Origin: a virus
Lineage: Duplodnaviria > Caudoviricetes
Reading direction: 5' to 3' (one strand)
DNA: 57,330 nt
IMG/VR virus record: IMGVR_UViG_3300027833_001471
Location: 1-57,330 of that record
Shown: positions 26,650-36,719 of the stretch, piece after piece
Layout of the letters: every line of letters begins with the position of its first letter
Position numbering within the stretch: position 1 is the stretch's first letter
The notes under the pieces: model-generated
Database searches by the model: none
The model's input: the letters and a program-made list of their open reading frames with translations, nothing else
What the model was told of the DNA's origin: nothing
Translations under genes and position numbers: made by a program

Positions 26650-26946
26650 ATGGCTTTTGCTCCTGACTCAGTTGGTTTCACATATGGTGATAGCAGTATT
26701 CAAGGGTGTTTTCGTTTGAAAGAGAACGATAACCTTTTCGAGTATAGTCGCAACGACGATCCATTCAGCTTTTGTGAAGACTTTCCTCACAAGGTATGGG
26801 TTACTTCGACTATTGAAGGTATCGACTCTGGCTTTCGTTATGGCATTGTCAAAAAGACCGTTGCTTACGTTGCTGTAGATGAAGATGAGTTTGGCTTGCC
26901 TGTACTTGAGAAGTGGGACTTAAAACAAAGTCGAGTTTATGGTTGA
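26650..26946 (+). CDS. hypothetical early protein
   Basis: ORF track. Confidence 0.7.
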   Translation: MAFAPDSVGFTYGDSSIQGCFRLKENDNLFEYSRNDDPFSFCEDFPHKVWVTSTIEGIDSGFRYGIVKKTVAYVAVDEDEFGLPVLEKWDLKQSRVYG

Positions 26947-26971
26947 CAAGTACAAATAGATTCGCTATAAA
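26943..26971 (+). promoter_or_regulatory. early promoter TTGACA-17-TATAAA with GATTCG
   Basis: Direct motif match; shares downstream GTAAGAGTAA with the 26365 promoter. Confidence 0.68.
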
Positions 26972-27007
26972 GTAAGAGTAAATAGAATCACTTGAAAGGG
27001 GTTCCCA

Positions 27008-27205
27008 ATGAAACCAGAATTTGTAAGTCTACAGTCTCTCTATTGGATGGTCTTTGACCAAGCATCAGATTTGATGGCAGTAGCAGAAGGTCTTGAGCCA
27101 ACATCAGCTTTAAAGCAGTGTGCTTTTGATAATGGTATTGCTGAGGGTTCTGAAATGGGTGCTTTCATCAATTGGGCGCACGACGTCATCGACGGAAAAA
27201 TTTAA
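27008..27205 (+). CDS. hypothetical early protein
   Basis: ORF track, AAAGGGG RBS. Confidence 0.7.
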   Translation: MKPEFVSLQSLYWMVFDQASDLMAVAEGLEPTSALKQCAFDNGIAEGSEMGAFINWAHDVIDGKI

Positions 27206-27308
27206 TAGGAATAGGCACATCCCAAAGCAATCACGTTGCCTACCAATCGGCAGAGCTAAGACTCGGATTAACAATGGGTGTCACAAGAGCCTGATATAAA
27301 TCAGGGAG

Positions 27309-27337
27309 AAAGGGAGAGTTTTGGCTCTCCCTTTTTT
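27309..27337. terminator. intrinsic terminator, probably bidirectional
   Basis: AAAGGGAGAG-TTTTGG-CTCTCCCTTT followed by a T run, between convergent genes. Confidence 0.8.
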
Positions 27338-27340
27338 ATT

Positions 27341-27688
27341 TTATTTTTTATTCTTGATCGCGTCTGCACCAAAAAATGCCGCTACCAGTGCTGAAATAGC
27401 GATGAAATACGTGGGTGCGATATCACCAACAATACCTGCGGCTTCGTCTAACCCAAGGAATGATGTCATAACGATTGCGAAGGGATATAGCAACATCCCG
27501 AATAATGCGAACCATGTCATTTTTCTCATCGCATCTCTTTGCGAGTCCTGATCTTCAAGTGCTTTTCTTTTGAATTCTAACGCCATGTCCATTTCAGCTT
27601 TTGAAATGTGTCCGTCTCCATTGGCATCCATGCCTTCGAGTGCGTCTGCGTCGATTGTTTTTTTATCTGTCATGTTAGCTCCTATCAT
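27341..27688 (-). CDS. EF-hand + 2 TM membrane protein
   Basis: DANGDGHISKAE canonical EF-hand loop; two hydrophobic helices; start may be the MTDKK ATG. Confidence 0.75.
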   Translation of the reverse strand: MIGANMTDKKTIDADALEGMDANGDGHISKAEMDMALEFKRKALEDQDSQRDAMRKMTWFALFGMLLYPFAIVMTSFLGLDEAAGIVGDIAPTYFIAISALVAAFFGADAIKNKK

Positions 27689-27722
27689 AAAGTTTTCATC
27701 ACAAATAATTCAAATACAAATC

Positions 27723-27739
27723 TATTTATGTTATAAATA
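27723..27739. promoter_or_regulatory. divergent late promoters (+ TATAAATA 27732-27739; - CATAAATA 27723-27730)
   Basis: Motif match between divergent genes. Confidence 0.65.
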
Positions 27740-27771
27740 CATTAAGTAGCCTAGTCAAATTAGCAAAGGAG

Positions 27772-27960
27772 ATGAACATGGCAATCAAAGTAAGCACCAC
27801 AACGGTGATTGATAACGCATTACAACTACAAAATATCGCAACTTTAGACGGTACAACAGGTACGACAATACAAGATATGATAAAAGCAGTCGATCACAAG
27901 CTAATCATAAGAGATTCAGCAGGAAACGAAACTTTTAGAATTTACGGCTTGCCAGCGTAA
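27772..27960 (+). CDS. small late, probably virion-associated, protein
   Basis: Follows a late promoter; MAIKVSTTTVID start resembles tail-fibre accessory proteins. Confidence 0.6.
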   Translation: MNMAIKVSTTTVIDNALQLQNIATLDGTTGTTIQDMIKAVDHKLIIRDSAGNETFRIYGLPA

Positions 27961-28964
27961 TGGCAGGTTGGTTACTACAGGGCGATTTAACAGGTGCTGG
28001 CGTTGGTCTTGATATGCCAATTACGGCACTTGACCCGTATGAAGGTCAGGTTCTACAAAGAATTGCTTATCTATATTCTCTTAATACTACTGTAAACGTT
28101 AACGTTGTTGCTACAGGTGGTAATTTAGATGCTATTACAGATAATCGCATGATAGCAGGTGCTGTGGAAACACGCACAGCCGCCGAAGGTGGATTTGCAT
28201 CTGCGGCAAACACACCTAACATATCATCAATTTTAGGTGGTACTTATGACAGAATTAATACAACAGAAAGTGCTTCACCACCTGCATTACCTACTGATAC
28301 TAATCTACATAGGTTTCCACTGTTTATCTCGCCTGACGTTCCTGGCTCATTTCAAGCTATGGATATTGCAGACTGTGTTGAGTTCTTCATCCAACCAGCA
28401 ATTGCGCTTATTACAAGTGGAACCGTATCAGCCGCTGCTGGTGGAGCTTATCACATATCTACATCAAACAGTGTCGCTGGCTCTACTTTACAATCAGCAA
28501 CTCCTGTATTTATTGACACAAGAGCAAATGCCGCCCTCTATACTTCTGGTGGTATCGGTGAAACTTTAGACCAACCTACAACTGTGAGTAACTATTACTT
28601 ACATAAAATTACACCAACAGGCAACACTCCTGACTTTATGCCAGTGTATTGGGATTATGCTTCTGGCGAAGTAAGAGAAATGTCATTGGCTATATTTGAC
28701 GCTATATTCGGACCTATGATACAAAACATGGCAGTTAATGGAAGTGGCATTGCGGGGTTTGACACAAAAATAACATATAACGTAAATGGTACTGGCAATA
28801 CAATGGGTACTGTGATGGCTGACACAAGATTGTCTGGTTCATCAGCTTCTGGTTACACTCAAAGATTCGTAAGTACATCTGATTATCGTACACAAGAGTT
28901 TCCAAATGGTACTCCAACAACGAACCAATCTCACACATTAAGAACTACAGTAACAGCAACTTAA
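27960..28964 (+). CDS. putative virion structural protein (Thr/Gly/Ala-rich)
   Basis: Composition and late context; YRTQEFPNG C-terminal motif. Confidence 0.65.
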   Translation: MAGWLLQGDLTGAGVGLDMPITALDPYEGQVLQRIAYLYSLNTTVNVNVVATGGNLDAITDNRMIAGAVETRTAAEGGFASAANTPNISSILGGTYDRINTTESASPPALPTDTNLHRFPLFISPDVPGSFQAMDIADCVEFFIQPAIALITSGTVSAAAGGAYHISTSNSVAGSTLQSATPVFIDTRANAALYTSGGIGETLDQPTTVSNYYLHKITPTGNTPDFMPVYWDYASGEVREMSLAIFDAIFGPMIQNMAVNGSGIAGFDTKITYNVNGTGNTMGTVMADTRLSGSSASGYTQRFVSTSDYRTQEFPNGTPTTNQSHTLRTTVTAT

Positions 28965-28974
28965 GGAATATATT

Positions 28975-29574
28975 ATGGCAGAATTTAGCGGTAGCATCAA
29001 TACGGCATATTACGTGAACGAAGATTACAGTTTAATCGAAGTTGTGTATACGAACCCTAATGATGAAAAAATCAATTACATGGTTGAAGTAGGGGATAAT
29101 GCAGATCATAAAGCTTTGATCGAAGAAGGTTATGACCTTGAAACTCTTTTAGAGAGAACTTCTGAATACAAAAGAGTACATGCTGGTGCGCTTGGCGCAT
29201 TAGTTAACGAACAAGCACAAGCCTTGGCTGAAGAGATGCTAGGCATGAAGCATATGAAAGAATTAAAGGCACAACTTCAAATTGAAAATGAACAATTAGG
29301 TGTAGCCCAATTAAAGAACAAAGAGAAAATCGAGAAAACAGAAAAAACTCTTTTAAGTCTTGACCAAGATGTTAAAGTCAAAACAAACAAAATTGACCAC
29401 GGACTATTTGATTTCATCTTTAGTGTAAATGAAGACAAAGAAGAATTGTTTAAATTTAAGCTTTGGGCATTAGAGCAAGATGTAGTTAAAGCGGCTGATA
29501 AGAAGATCAAGTCTTCAATTCGTAAAGCTAAACGCATCACAGAAGCCATGGCAATCTTAGACTCAATTATTTAA
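28975..29574 (+). CDS. coiled-coil hypothetical protein
   Basis: ORF track, AAGGA RBS. Confidence 0.7.
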   Translation: MAEFSGSINTAYYVNEDYSLIEVVYTNPNDEKINYMVEVGDNADHKALIEEGYDLETLLERTSEYKRVHAGALGALVNEQAQALAEEMLGMKHMKELKAQLQIENEQLGVAQLKNKEKIEKTEKTLLSLDQDVKVKTNKIDHGLFDFIFSVNEDKEELFKFKLWALEQDVVKAADKKIKSSIRKAKRITEAMAILDSII

Positions 29575-30231
29575 ATGACATATCAGGTTGTAGCCAGTCA
29601 CCGTACTGGCTCTTCACTTTTAAATCATTATGCGATAGACCACAATGATGGATTTGGGTTTCATGAGTTGTTTTTAAAACCCGCCAGCACTGAAATACAA
29701 AGTTTAAGATTTGCGAGTACAGAGCAGAAGTTCGAGTTTTTAGAATACTACAAAAAACAAGATATTCATTTTTCTATTAAAGTATTTCCGTGTATAGTCA
29801 TAACTGAAGGATACGAAAGTAGATTGTTGGACTACTTAGATGGGTATAAGATACTTACTATCAATAGAAATCCATTTGATACATTTTTAAGTTACGCATA
29901 TCAAAATTACACTTATTGGAAAAATTCTCATAGGCTAGTCAAAGACAATAAGTTTATGGAAGTTAGTTTTGAAATTGATTGTAGTTCTATTAGAGAATTC
30001 TGTGATGAAATAAAAGCTACTAATAAATTTATCGACAAACTAGATATACACAAGACGTTTGAATACGCAGAATTGACTGTGCCAAATCTGAATAAATACT
30101 TCAAAAGCAAGTTTAAACCATTCACATCACCATCTGGTGTAGATTATAAAAATCTTGCTACTAATTATGCAGAAGTGAAAGAGATATTTAATAATGAAAT
30201 GCATGGTTCCCGAAACAGGGCTTACGATTAA
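29575..30231 (+). CDS. sulfotransferase-like P-loop protein
   Basis: ASHRTGSSLL PAPS-loop-like motif; RNPFDTFLS. Confidence 0.6.
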   Translation: MTYQVVASHRTGSSLLNHYAIDHNDGFGFHELFLKPASTEIQSLRFASTEQKFEFLEYYKKQDIHFSIKVFPCIVITEGYESRLLDYLDGYKILTINRNPFDTFLSYAYQNYTYWKNSHRLVKDNKFMEVSFEIDCSSIREFCDEIKATNKFIDKLDIHKTFEYAELTVPNLNKYFKSKFKPFTSPSGVDYKNLATNYAEVKEIFNNEMHGSRNRAYD

Positions 30232-31381
30232 CCCTATTGGTGAAATGGTTATATGTTGTGCAGGTGACAACGTAGCGCTTTCTCATATCAAAAATGTAGA
30301 TGATCTTACTGATTTCTTTAATGGAGAAGTCTATGAAAAGCTACGTTCTGATTTCAAAGCAAAATCGTTTCCAAAACAATGTAATGTTTGTTGGAAGCAT
30401 TGGGATGCAGGGCGTATTGCTAGGTTTGACTCATATAACAGATTTGACTTTCCAACATATGAAGAAGACTTGGCGTCTGATGTTATTCCTATTAGGTTTC
30501 TTGAGATTACTACAAGCAACATATGCAATCAAATGTGTGTATCTTGTTCTGGAAAATATTCTTCTAAGTGGTCGCCATATGAGCAAATGGCTATTGACTC
30601 TGGCTTAACGTGGCGCAATGAAAACCACAAGTTCCATACTGAAACATATAAGATGACCAAGGCTGATGTTGATAAGGTTCTCGACATTGTACCTAATTTA
30701 CAGCACCTGACTATCAAAGGTGGTGAGCCTTTTGCTGATCCCAACAACATCAAGATATTAAAGAAGTTAGCTGAGACTAATCCAAGTTGTCGTGTAGAGA
30801 TATGCACGAATATGCAACTCGTAACTAACACTGTTATTGAAATATTACATCAAATAAATGAGGTACACATCCAAGCAAGTATTGATGGCGTACACGAAAT
30901 GTACGATTGGATACGTGGTGGCAACTTTAAAAGAACAGTGAATAACATTAAGCGATACCACGAACACTCTGGTCGTAAGGTTGTTATTGTGTCAACAGTA
31001 TCTGTATATAATTGGATGCATCTACCAGAACTTATTGATTACTGGAAAGATATTGAGGGTGTGGATAGAATTAGTATGGCTAATCTCGTTACCTTCCCTA
31101 AATATTGTAGTCCATGTTACCTAGACGTGCATCACATCGAAGAAGGTAGAAACAAGCTGTTTGATTATCTTAAGGATTGGAATAAAATTTCTGATACTTA
31201 TTATGAGACAGATAACCTACATTTATCTGGTATGAATAACATATTGAGTGTAGTGCAAGGCGATGATGATATTAAACTAATACAGGATAGAATGATACAA
31301 TGGATCGACTTTTGTTTAGTCGCTCGTGAAAACAATGAAGACATATATGAATTAGCACCATACTTAGAGGATTACAGATGA
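30194..31381 (+). CDS. radical SAM protein with SPASM/twitch-like Cys clusters
   Basis: CNQMCVSC, GGEPF, N-terminal CC and CxxC. Confidence 0.88.
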   Translation: MKCMVPETGLTINPIGEMVICCAGDNVALSHIKNVDDLTDFFNGEVYEKLRSDFKAKSFPKQCNVCWKHWDAGRIARFDSYNRFDFPTYEEDLASDVIPIRFLEITTSNICNQMCVSCSGKYSSKWSPYEQMAIDSGLTWRNENHKFHTETYKMTKADVDKVLDIVPNLQHLTIKGGEPFADPNNIKILKKLAETNPSCRVEICTNMQLVTNTVIEILHQINEVHIQASIDGVHEMYDWIRGGNFKRTVNNIKRYHEHSGRKVVIVSTVSVYNWMHLPELIDYWKDIEGVDRISMANLVTFPKYCSPCYLDVHHIEEGRNKLFDYLKDWNKISDTYYETDNLHLSGMNNILSVVQGDDDIKLIQDRMIQWIDFCLVARENNEDIYELAPYLEDYR

Positions 31382-32454
31382 GTTGGGATTTCTTTCAAAG
31401 CAACAGAACAATACCACAACACCATAAGTTAATAACGTGTTATGCTCCATTTAACCACATGCGAATTCGTAGAAATGGTGAAATGCATCCTTGCTGTTTT
31501 ACTACAAGTAAAACGAGATGGAAAAAAGATGAGGTTAGTTTAAAAGATTATTGGTTTGGTGAACTAAATCAATCGTACCAAGATGCAATGCTTGGCGGCG
31601 ATTTGCATAAAGGATGTGAGTTAGTATGTGGTACTAGGATAAAGAATAAAATTCACCCACCTATTAATGAATATGATTGGAATGTTGGGGATGAACGTTT
31701 AGAACACGCAATGGATGCCAGTTCTTATCCTAAAATATTCGAGTTTGAAATATCAAATCTGTGTAACATGGCTTGCCCAATGTGTAATGGTGAGTTAAGT
31801 TCAAAACACATGTTAGGTCGAGACAAAGATTTAAAAGTATACGATCCAAATGTATTCGACAATAATGAAAACTTAGACCAACTGATAGAACAGTTTAAAG
31901 AATTTATCCCACACCTCAAAGAAATTAGATTTGTTGGTGGCGAACCTTTTTCTCATAAGGGTTTGTATAAATTGTGTAGTGAGATTGCTGAAATTAATCC
32001 TGATATGAGAGTACAAATTTGTACTAATGGTAGTGTATTCAATAAAAAAGTTTTAAAGATGTGCCAAGAAAACAATTTAAAATTAACAATGTCAGTTGAT
32101 ACAATAATACCAGAAGAATATTCGCAAATACGAATTGGTGGCAATTACGACGAGACATTTGCAAATGTTAAAAAGTTTGCAGAATACTCAAATGAGGTTA
32201 CAGTGAACGCAACACTAATGTCTATTAACGCTTTAAACATTGATAAGCTAATAGCTTTTGCAAAAGAAAATGGTTTTGGATTCTTTATAAACATTTACTC
32301 AAGGAACGGCAGAAGCCACACGCCAGATTGGAGTATAAGCACAATGACAATCGATGATAGGAAAACCTCAATTGGTAGGCTTACTGCTCTATTGGGTGAT
32401 AAAGACTATGAGATATACCACGAAGAAATTCAAAAGGTTATTGATTTATTATGA
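31378..32454 (+). CDS. radical SAM protein with SPASM/twitch-like Cys clusters
   Basis: CNMACPMC, GGEPF, CYAPF...PCC. Confidence 0.88.
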   Translation: MSWDFFQSNRTIPQHHKLITCYAPFNHMRIRRNGEMHPCCFTTSKTRWKKDEVSLKDYWFGELNQSYQDAMLGGDLHKGCELVCGTRIKNKIHPPINEYDWNVGDERLEHAMDASSYPKIFEFEISNLCNMACPMCNGELSSKHMLGRDKDLKVYDPNVFDNNENLDQLIEQFKEFIPHLKEIRFVGGEPFSHKGLYKLCSEIAEINPDMRVQICTNGSVFNKKVLKMCQENNLKLTMSVDTIIPEEYSQIRIGGNYDETFANVKKFAEYSNEVTVNATLMSINALNIDKLIAFAKENGFGFFINIYSRNGRSHTPDWSISTMTIDDRKTSIGRLTALLGDKDYEIYHEEIQKVIDLL

Positions 32455-33068
32455 CACCAGATAATATTATATTCGTAAAACACGGCGATAAGTATAACGC
32501 TGGGCATGTAAATAGGCTACACAAACAGCTTAAAGAATACTTTCCTAATGCGGATTACCTGTGCTACACAGATGATCCTGTTGGCGTTAATATTGTCTGT
32601 ATGCCTGTTTTTACTAAACCAACTCTAAGATTTTGGTGGAACAAACTTGCCATGTTTAGTGAAGACTTTACAGTTGCTGGTGTCGTAGGTAAGTGCCTAT
32701 TCTTTGATCTTGATATGGATATTAAGGAAGACCCAAGTTCTTTCTTGAAGTGGGATGGGCTAACCATACTCAAAGACTATTGGAAAGACGATCTCTACAT
32801 GGCTCCACATGCTTATGATGTTCATATAAATAGTTCAGTAATCACATGGACTGCTGGAGAACAGACGCATATATGGGATCACTTTATGTCTAATAAAGAT
32901 TACTTCATGCGTAAGTATAAAGGCATCGACAGATTTTTAGTCCACGAAGGATTGGAGTTTAATACTTTCGATCATGGGCTTGTAAACAGTGTTGCTAATG
33001 AATTTAGAAATGCACCAATTGATATGTATAATGGAATGAAATATGAGCTACCTAGAAACAATCTATAA
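32451..33068 (+). CDS. GT-A glycosyltransferase-like protein
   Basis: KHGDKY, CYTDDP, WWNKL, FFDLD (DxD), NSSV. Confidence 0.7.
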   Translation: MTPDNIIFVKHGDKYNAGHVNRLHKQLKEYFPNADYLCYTDDPVGVNIVCMPVFTKPTLRFWWNKLAMFSEDFTVAGVVGKCLFFDLDMDIKEDPSSFLKWDGLTILKDYWKDDLYMAPHAYDVHINSSVITWTAGEQTHIWDHFMSNKDYFMRKYKGIDRFLVHEGLEFNTFDHGLVNSVANEFRNAPIDMYNGMKYELPRNNL

Positions 33069-33708
33069 AAATGCATTAAACGCATGTGAAGATATTTACA
33101 GAGAATCGCAATACAATAAAGACGTAGATTTGTATAGAAGCTACGACATTATGAACTCTGTCAACGAAACGCAGTTGAAAAGCAAGCAGTGGCTAGTTGA
33201 TACGCTAGTGCCTTTCCTTACAGATGAGCAATTCGAATGGTGTCCTCTACAGGATATTATTATTCTTGGTGGGTGGTACGGCATGAATGGCATGTTACTT
33301 CGCCAAAAGATAGACAACGATATTAATATTTGGAATGTCGATACAGATCAATGGTGTGAACATTACACAAACATGCTACAAGATGGCAACGATGACTATA
33401 AAAACAACCATTCGATCACTGACGATGCCTTAGACTACTTTTTCACAAGGGCTGATGCATACCAACTTATTATCAATACAAGTTGTGAGCATATGGAACC
33501 AGATGATATACGATTGATGCTTGGCGCGAAAACGCGCGAGACTATGATTTGTTTTCAAAGCAATAATTATCATTCTATCCAAAGCCATATCAATACACAC
33601 AATAGCTTAGATGAGTTTGTCGAGTCGTTAGACTTGGCTGGTGTTTTGTGGAAAGGTGAGAAGAAAGTAAATGAGGAATGCGATAGGTATATGGTGATAG
33701 GCGTATGA
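33043..33708 (+). CDS. class I SAM-dependent methyltransferase-like protein
   Basis: ILGGWYG, INTSCEHM, FQSNNY. Confidence 0.6.
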   Translation: MSYLETIYKNALNACEDIYRESQYNKDVDLYRSYDIMNSVNETQLKSKQWLVDTLVPFLTDEQFEWCPLQDIIILGGWYGMNGMLLRQKIDNDINIWNVDTDQWCEHYTNMLQDGNDDYKNNHSITDDALDYFFTRADAYQLIINTSCEHMEPDDIRLMLGAKTRETMICFQSNNYHSIQSHINTHNSLDEFVESLDLAGVLWKGEKKVNEECDRYMVIGV

Positions 33709-35414
33709 AAAGAGTTATTTTTACGACATATGACGATATTGAAAAAGAACAAGATCAATGGGGAACAAACCATTACGCTACTGAGTCTATTAAAACGTAT
33801 TTTGATAAACTAATCGCAAACAAAGAAGAATACGCTAACAGTCTAATTAACGTTGAGTTTAAATTTTACCATAACACAATGAAAGACTTTAATATTGATG
33901 CTGACTTAGAATTTACAAAGACTAATCTATACAAACACCATATCATGGCAGAGTTAGCTGATGATTACGATGAGGTTATGTATGTAGATATGGATGTTGT
34001 ATTCAACACAGAAAAGAACGTGTTTGACGAATTAGACTTGAGCGAAGGCATTCACATCCAAGTGCAAACAGATGAGGTCACGAACAAAGACATTGAAGGT
34101 GTCATGTTTGAAAATATCGGTAGTCGTAGCCCTACACTAAAGTATCACATCACGAAAGATTTGTTGGGTGGTGGAGACAATCATGTAATGAACACTGGCA
34201 TTATGATAGCCAAGTCAGAGCATATCAAACAGATTAAGTTTATGGAAAGATTGCCAAGTATCATTGAAAAAGTTGATGATCTTAAACGCAATGGCATTTC
34301 TGATGATCAATATAAATTTTTAAGAATGTATTACTATCCAAACAATGAATCTATATTTTCGTATATTATGGAGAGTGAAGCCATTCCATATGTTATTATG
34401 GAAGATAGATGGCATACACTTGTTGGCAAAGACCCCTCTGATTTAGATTGGGACAACATTGAGATAGCACACTTCATTAGCAAGAAGTTTAATATGTTTT
34501 TTAAAGACAAGACAAAGCTGATATATTCTATCTACATTGAAATACCCGACGAACGCTTAGACAATCCACGTGGACCTAACGATGATCCTGTCAATAAGAG
34601 TAAGCGAACACAAGAAAGATTGGCAGAATATAAAGATAAGTTGTATAATAACCATCTTGAATACGCACACAATCACGAAGCGACTTACATCCACTTTACG
34701 AGAGACAACCAATACGAAGAGTTTCGTGCTAGGTTCCCTGATCTATCAGAGTACGATGTAATCAATCTATATAAAGTATATCTATTAGATTACCTGACGC
34801 ATCAGTATGATCTGGTATTGTATGTAGATTTTGATGTTGTGTTTGTGTCTGATCATGATGTGTTTGGTTACCTTAGAGGCGAACATCTATTTTGCTGTTA
34901 TGCAACGAACGCTAAAGATGCTGGCGTAAATCTGTGGGATGCAAGGTATCTAAAAGCTTATGACAAAGACTTTAGATCGCCAGAAGCAAAGTATTGGAAT
35001 TCACATGCCATGTTATCTGAACAAGATGTAGACCCTGATAATTATGTTTTTAACACAGGTATCATGATGGCTAGTAGAGAAGTTATGGAAAAACTAGGGT
35101 ACTTTTCTGACATAAGCGAGACTATCGCTATGATGAAAGAACTCAAGGAAGACTCTATCTATCCACCTCAAGTACAAGCGTCTTTTGGTTACGATAACGA
35201 AACAATAATGTCATACAAAGTTAAAATGAATAACGTGCCTGTCCAAAGGCTATCTGATACATGGCATTTTAAGCATGTTGAGCAACCACTCGCCGCTTAC
35301 ACTAAGGGTACAGAAGAATACAAAACAAGCAAGTACACTCTTAACGCAGAAATAACTAAGCACAACAGCGTAATGGTTCACATGATTTCTAAGAACTTTG
35401 GATTACTTTTTTGA
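33705..35414 (+). CDS. tandem two-domain GT-A glycosyltransferase
   Basis: Internal duplication: YVDMDVVF/NTGIM/NNE and YVDFDVVF/NTGIM/DNE. Confidence 0.75.
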   Translation: MKRVIFTTYDDIEKEQDQWGTNHYATESIKTYFDKLIANKEEYANSLINVEFKFYHNTMKDFNIDADLEFTKTNLYKHHIMAELADDYDEVMYVDMDVVFNTEKNVFDELDLSEGIHIQVQTDEVTNKDIEGVMFENIGSRSPTLKYHITKDLLGGGDNHVMNTGIMIAKSEHIKQIKFMERLPSIIEKVDDLKRNGISDDQYKFLRMYYYPNNESIFSYIMESEAIPYVIMEDRWHTLVGKDPSDLDWDNIEIAHFISKKFNMFFKDKTKLIYSIYIEIPDERLDNPRGPNDDPVNKSKRTQERLAEYKDKLYNNHLEYAHNHEATYIHFTRDNQYEEFRARFPDLSEYDVINLYKVYLLDYLTHQYDLVLYVDFDVVFVSDHDVFGYLRGEHLFCCYATNAKDAGVNLWDARYLKAYDKDFRSPEAKYWNSHAMLSEQDVDPDNYVFNTGIMMASREVMEKLGYFSDISETIAMMKELKEDSIYPPQVQASFGYDNETIMSYKVKMNNVPVQRLSDTWHFKHVEQPLAAYTKGTEEYKTSKYTLNAEITKHNSVMVHMISKNFGLLF

Positions 35415-35684
35415 AGCCTTTTCAGCATCTTCTCGTTCGATTACACCCTTGAGTTCAGCAATGAGTTCTTCTGCTAACTCAACCTGTCTTAAGGTAATTC
35501 TGTGTGGAGTGTTAGGAAACAAAAACGGAATAAACGCATGAGTGTATCCAGTAATTGCATTGACCAAGCCAAAGGTACTTAGTTTTATAGCAAACCACAT
35601 GTGTTGGAAATATCCAGAACGAACTTCTTCTAAGTGTTCAGTATTAATCAAATAGCCATATCGGCCTAAGTTACCAAATTTCAT
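35403..35684 (-). CDS. DUF6356-like small membrane protein
   Basis: HL...GYFQHMWFA...HAFIPF. Confidence 0.6.
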   Translation of the reverse strand: MKFGNLGRYGYLINTEHLEEVRSGYFQHMWFAIKLSTFGLVNAITGYTHAFIPFLFPNTPHRITLRQVELAEELIAELKGVIEREDAEKASKK

Positions 35685-35890
35685 TTGTGATGCTCGAATG
35701 TTGTGTCTACTAAACTTGCCAATTTCTTTGCCGCATTCATAGATGATGCTTCAAGAGCAAATGGTAAGATAGCATGAATTGTACTTGTCACGAATACTGC
35801 TAATGACCAAAATACCATGTGTGATCCAATTTTAAGATGACCGAAGTATCCTGTGTCTGCCTTTTCGCAATGTGCTGTAAGTGTAGTCAT
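35681..35890 (-). CDS. DUF6356-like small membrane protein (paralog)
   Basis: HC...GYFGHL...HAILPF; GGAG RBS; late promoter at 35919-35926. Confidence 0.6.
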   Translation of the reverse strand: MTTLTAHCEKADTGYFGHLKIGSHMVFWSLAVFVTSTIHAILPFALEASSMNAAKKLASLVDTTFEHHK

Positions 35891-35928
35891 TTTGTTCTCC
35901 TTATATGATGTTACTACCTATTTATAAT

Positions 35929-36543
35929 TCAATACCCAACAATTCCCAAAGCTGTCTCTGGTCTTACTCGAATATCCATGTAGTTAAACCAATCCGTGGT
36001 TCCTGTCTTTACGTGGTGATGATCTAATTGACTTTTTAAATGTTCTGTATCAAATGCACTCCAAAGAATACCTTTTTCATCTCGTGTGTATGATACATCC
36101 CCACCATCAAAGTTTAAATCATAATACTTGTCTCGAAATTTATCTAGGAATGTGTTGTTAGTTGGGTCTATGTAAGTGAATACAATCCTGTTCGTATATT
36201 TCGAAAGATGTCTAATGCAGTACAAAGCTTCATCTAATATGTGATGGGTAAACACACTATTCGCAAATACTATATCGTGCCATGGTATTTTTGGGAACGG
36301 CTCGTGAGCATTTCCGTTTGGGTTATAATAAGAGTGGTGTCTGTTCCAATGGATTGACTTCACGTTATTTGGTAAGGCATCTAATCCTTCTTTGCTAATA
36401 TCCAAGCACGTATACTTTTTAACATTAATTTCACCATCTAACAAGTTTCCCCTGTTACCACCAAAGTCTAGTACACTTTGCCAACTGTAATCAGGCACAC
36501 ACTGCTTAAATATAGCATATGTATTTGTTTTCCTAAACTTCAT
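35929..36543 (-). CDS. class I SAM-dependent methyltransferase
   Basis: VLDFGGNRG, CLDIS, DIVFANSVFTH. Confidence 0.8.
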   Translation of the reverse strand: MKFRKTNTYAIFKQCVPDYSWQSVLDFGGNRGNLLDGEINVKKYTCLDISKEGLDALPNNVKSIHWNRHHSYYNPNGNAHEPFPKIPWHDIVFANSVFTHHILDEALYCIRHLSKYTNRIVFTYIDPTNNTFLDKFRDKYYDLNFDGGDVSYTRDEKGILWSAFDTEHLKSQLDHHHVKTGTTDWFNYMDIRVRPETALGIVGY

Positions 36544-36719
36544 TTCTTGTTCCACAAAACTATTATCATGATAACCTCACGATAAATTGGGATCATACAC
36601 CCCACAAATCTTGTTGCTTTATCGCATTTTTTCCACACAAGTGATGGTGGATACTTTTCTGTCAACATGAAAGCTACAATAGTCACTAGTATATATTGAA
36701 TTATGAATAGTTCTATCAT
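36540..36719 (-). CDS. small membrane protein (59 aa, MIELFIIQYILVTIVAF...)
   Basis: Manual translation; ATGA overlaps at both ends fill the gap exactly. Confidence 0.65.
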   Translation of the reverse strand: MIELFIIQYILVTIVAFMLTEKYPPSLVWKKCDKATRFVGCMIPIYREVIMIIVLWNKK

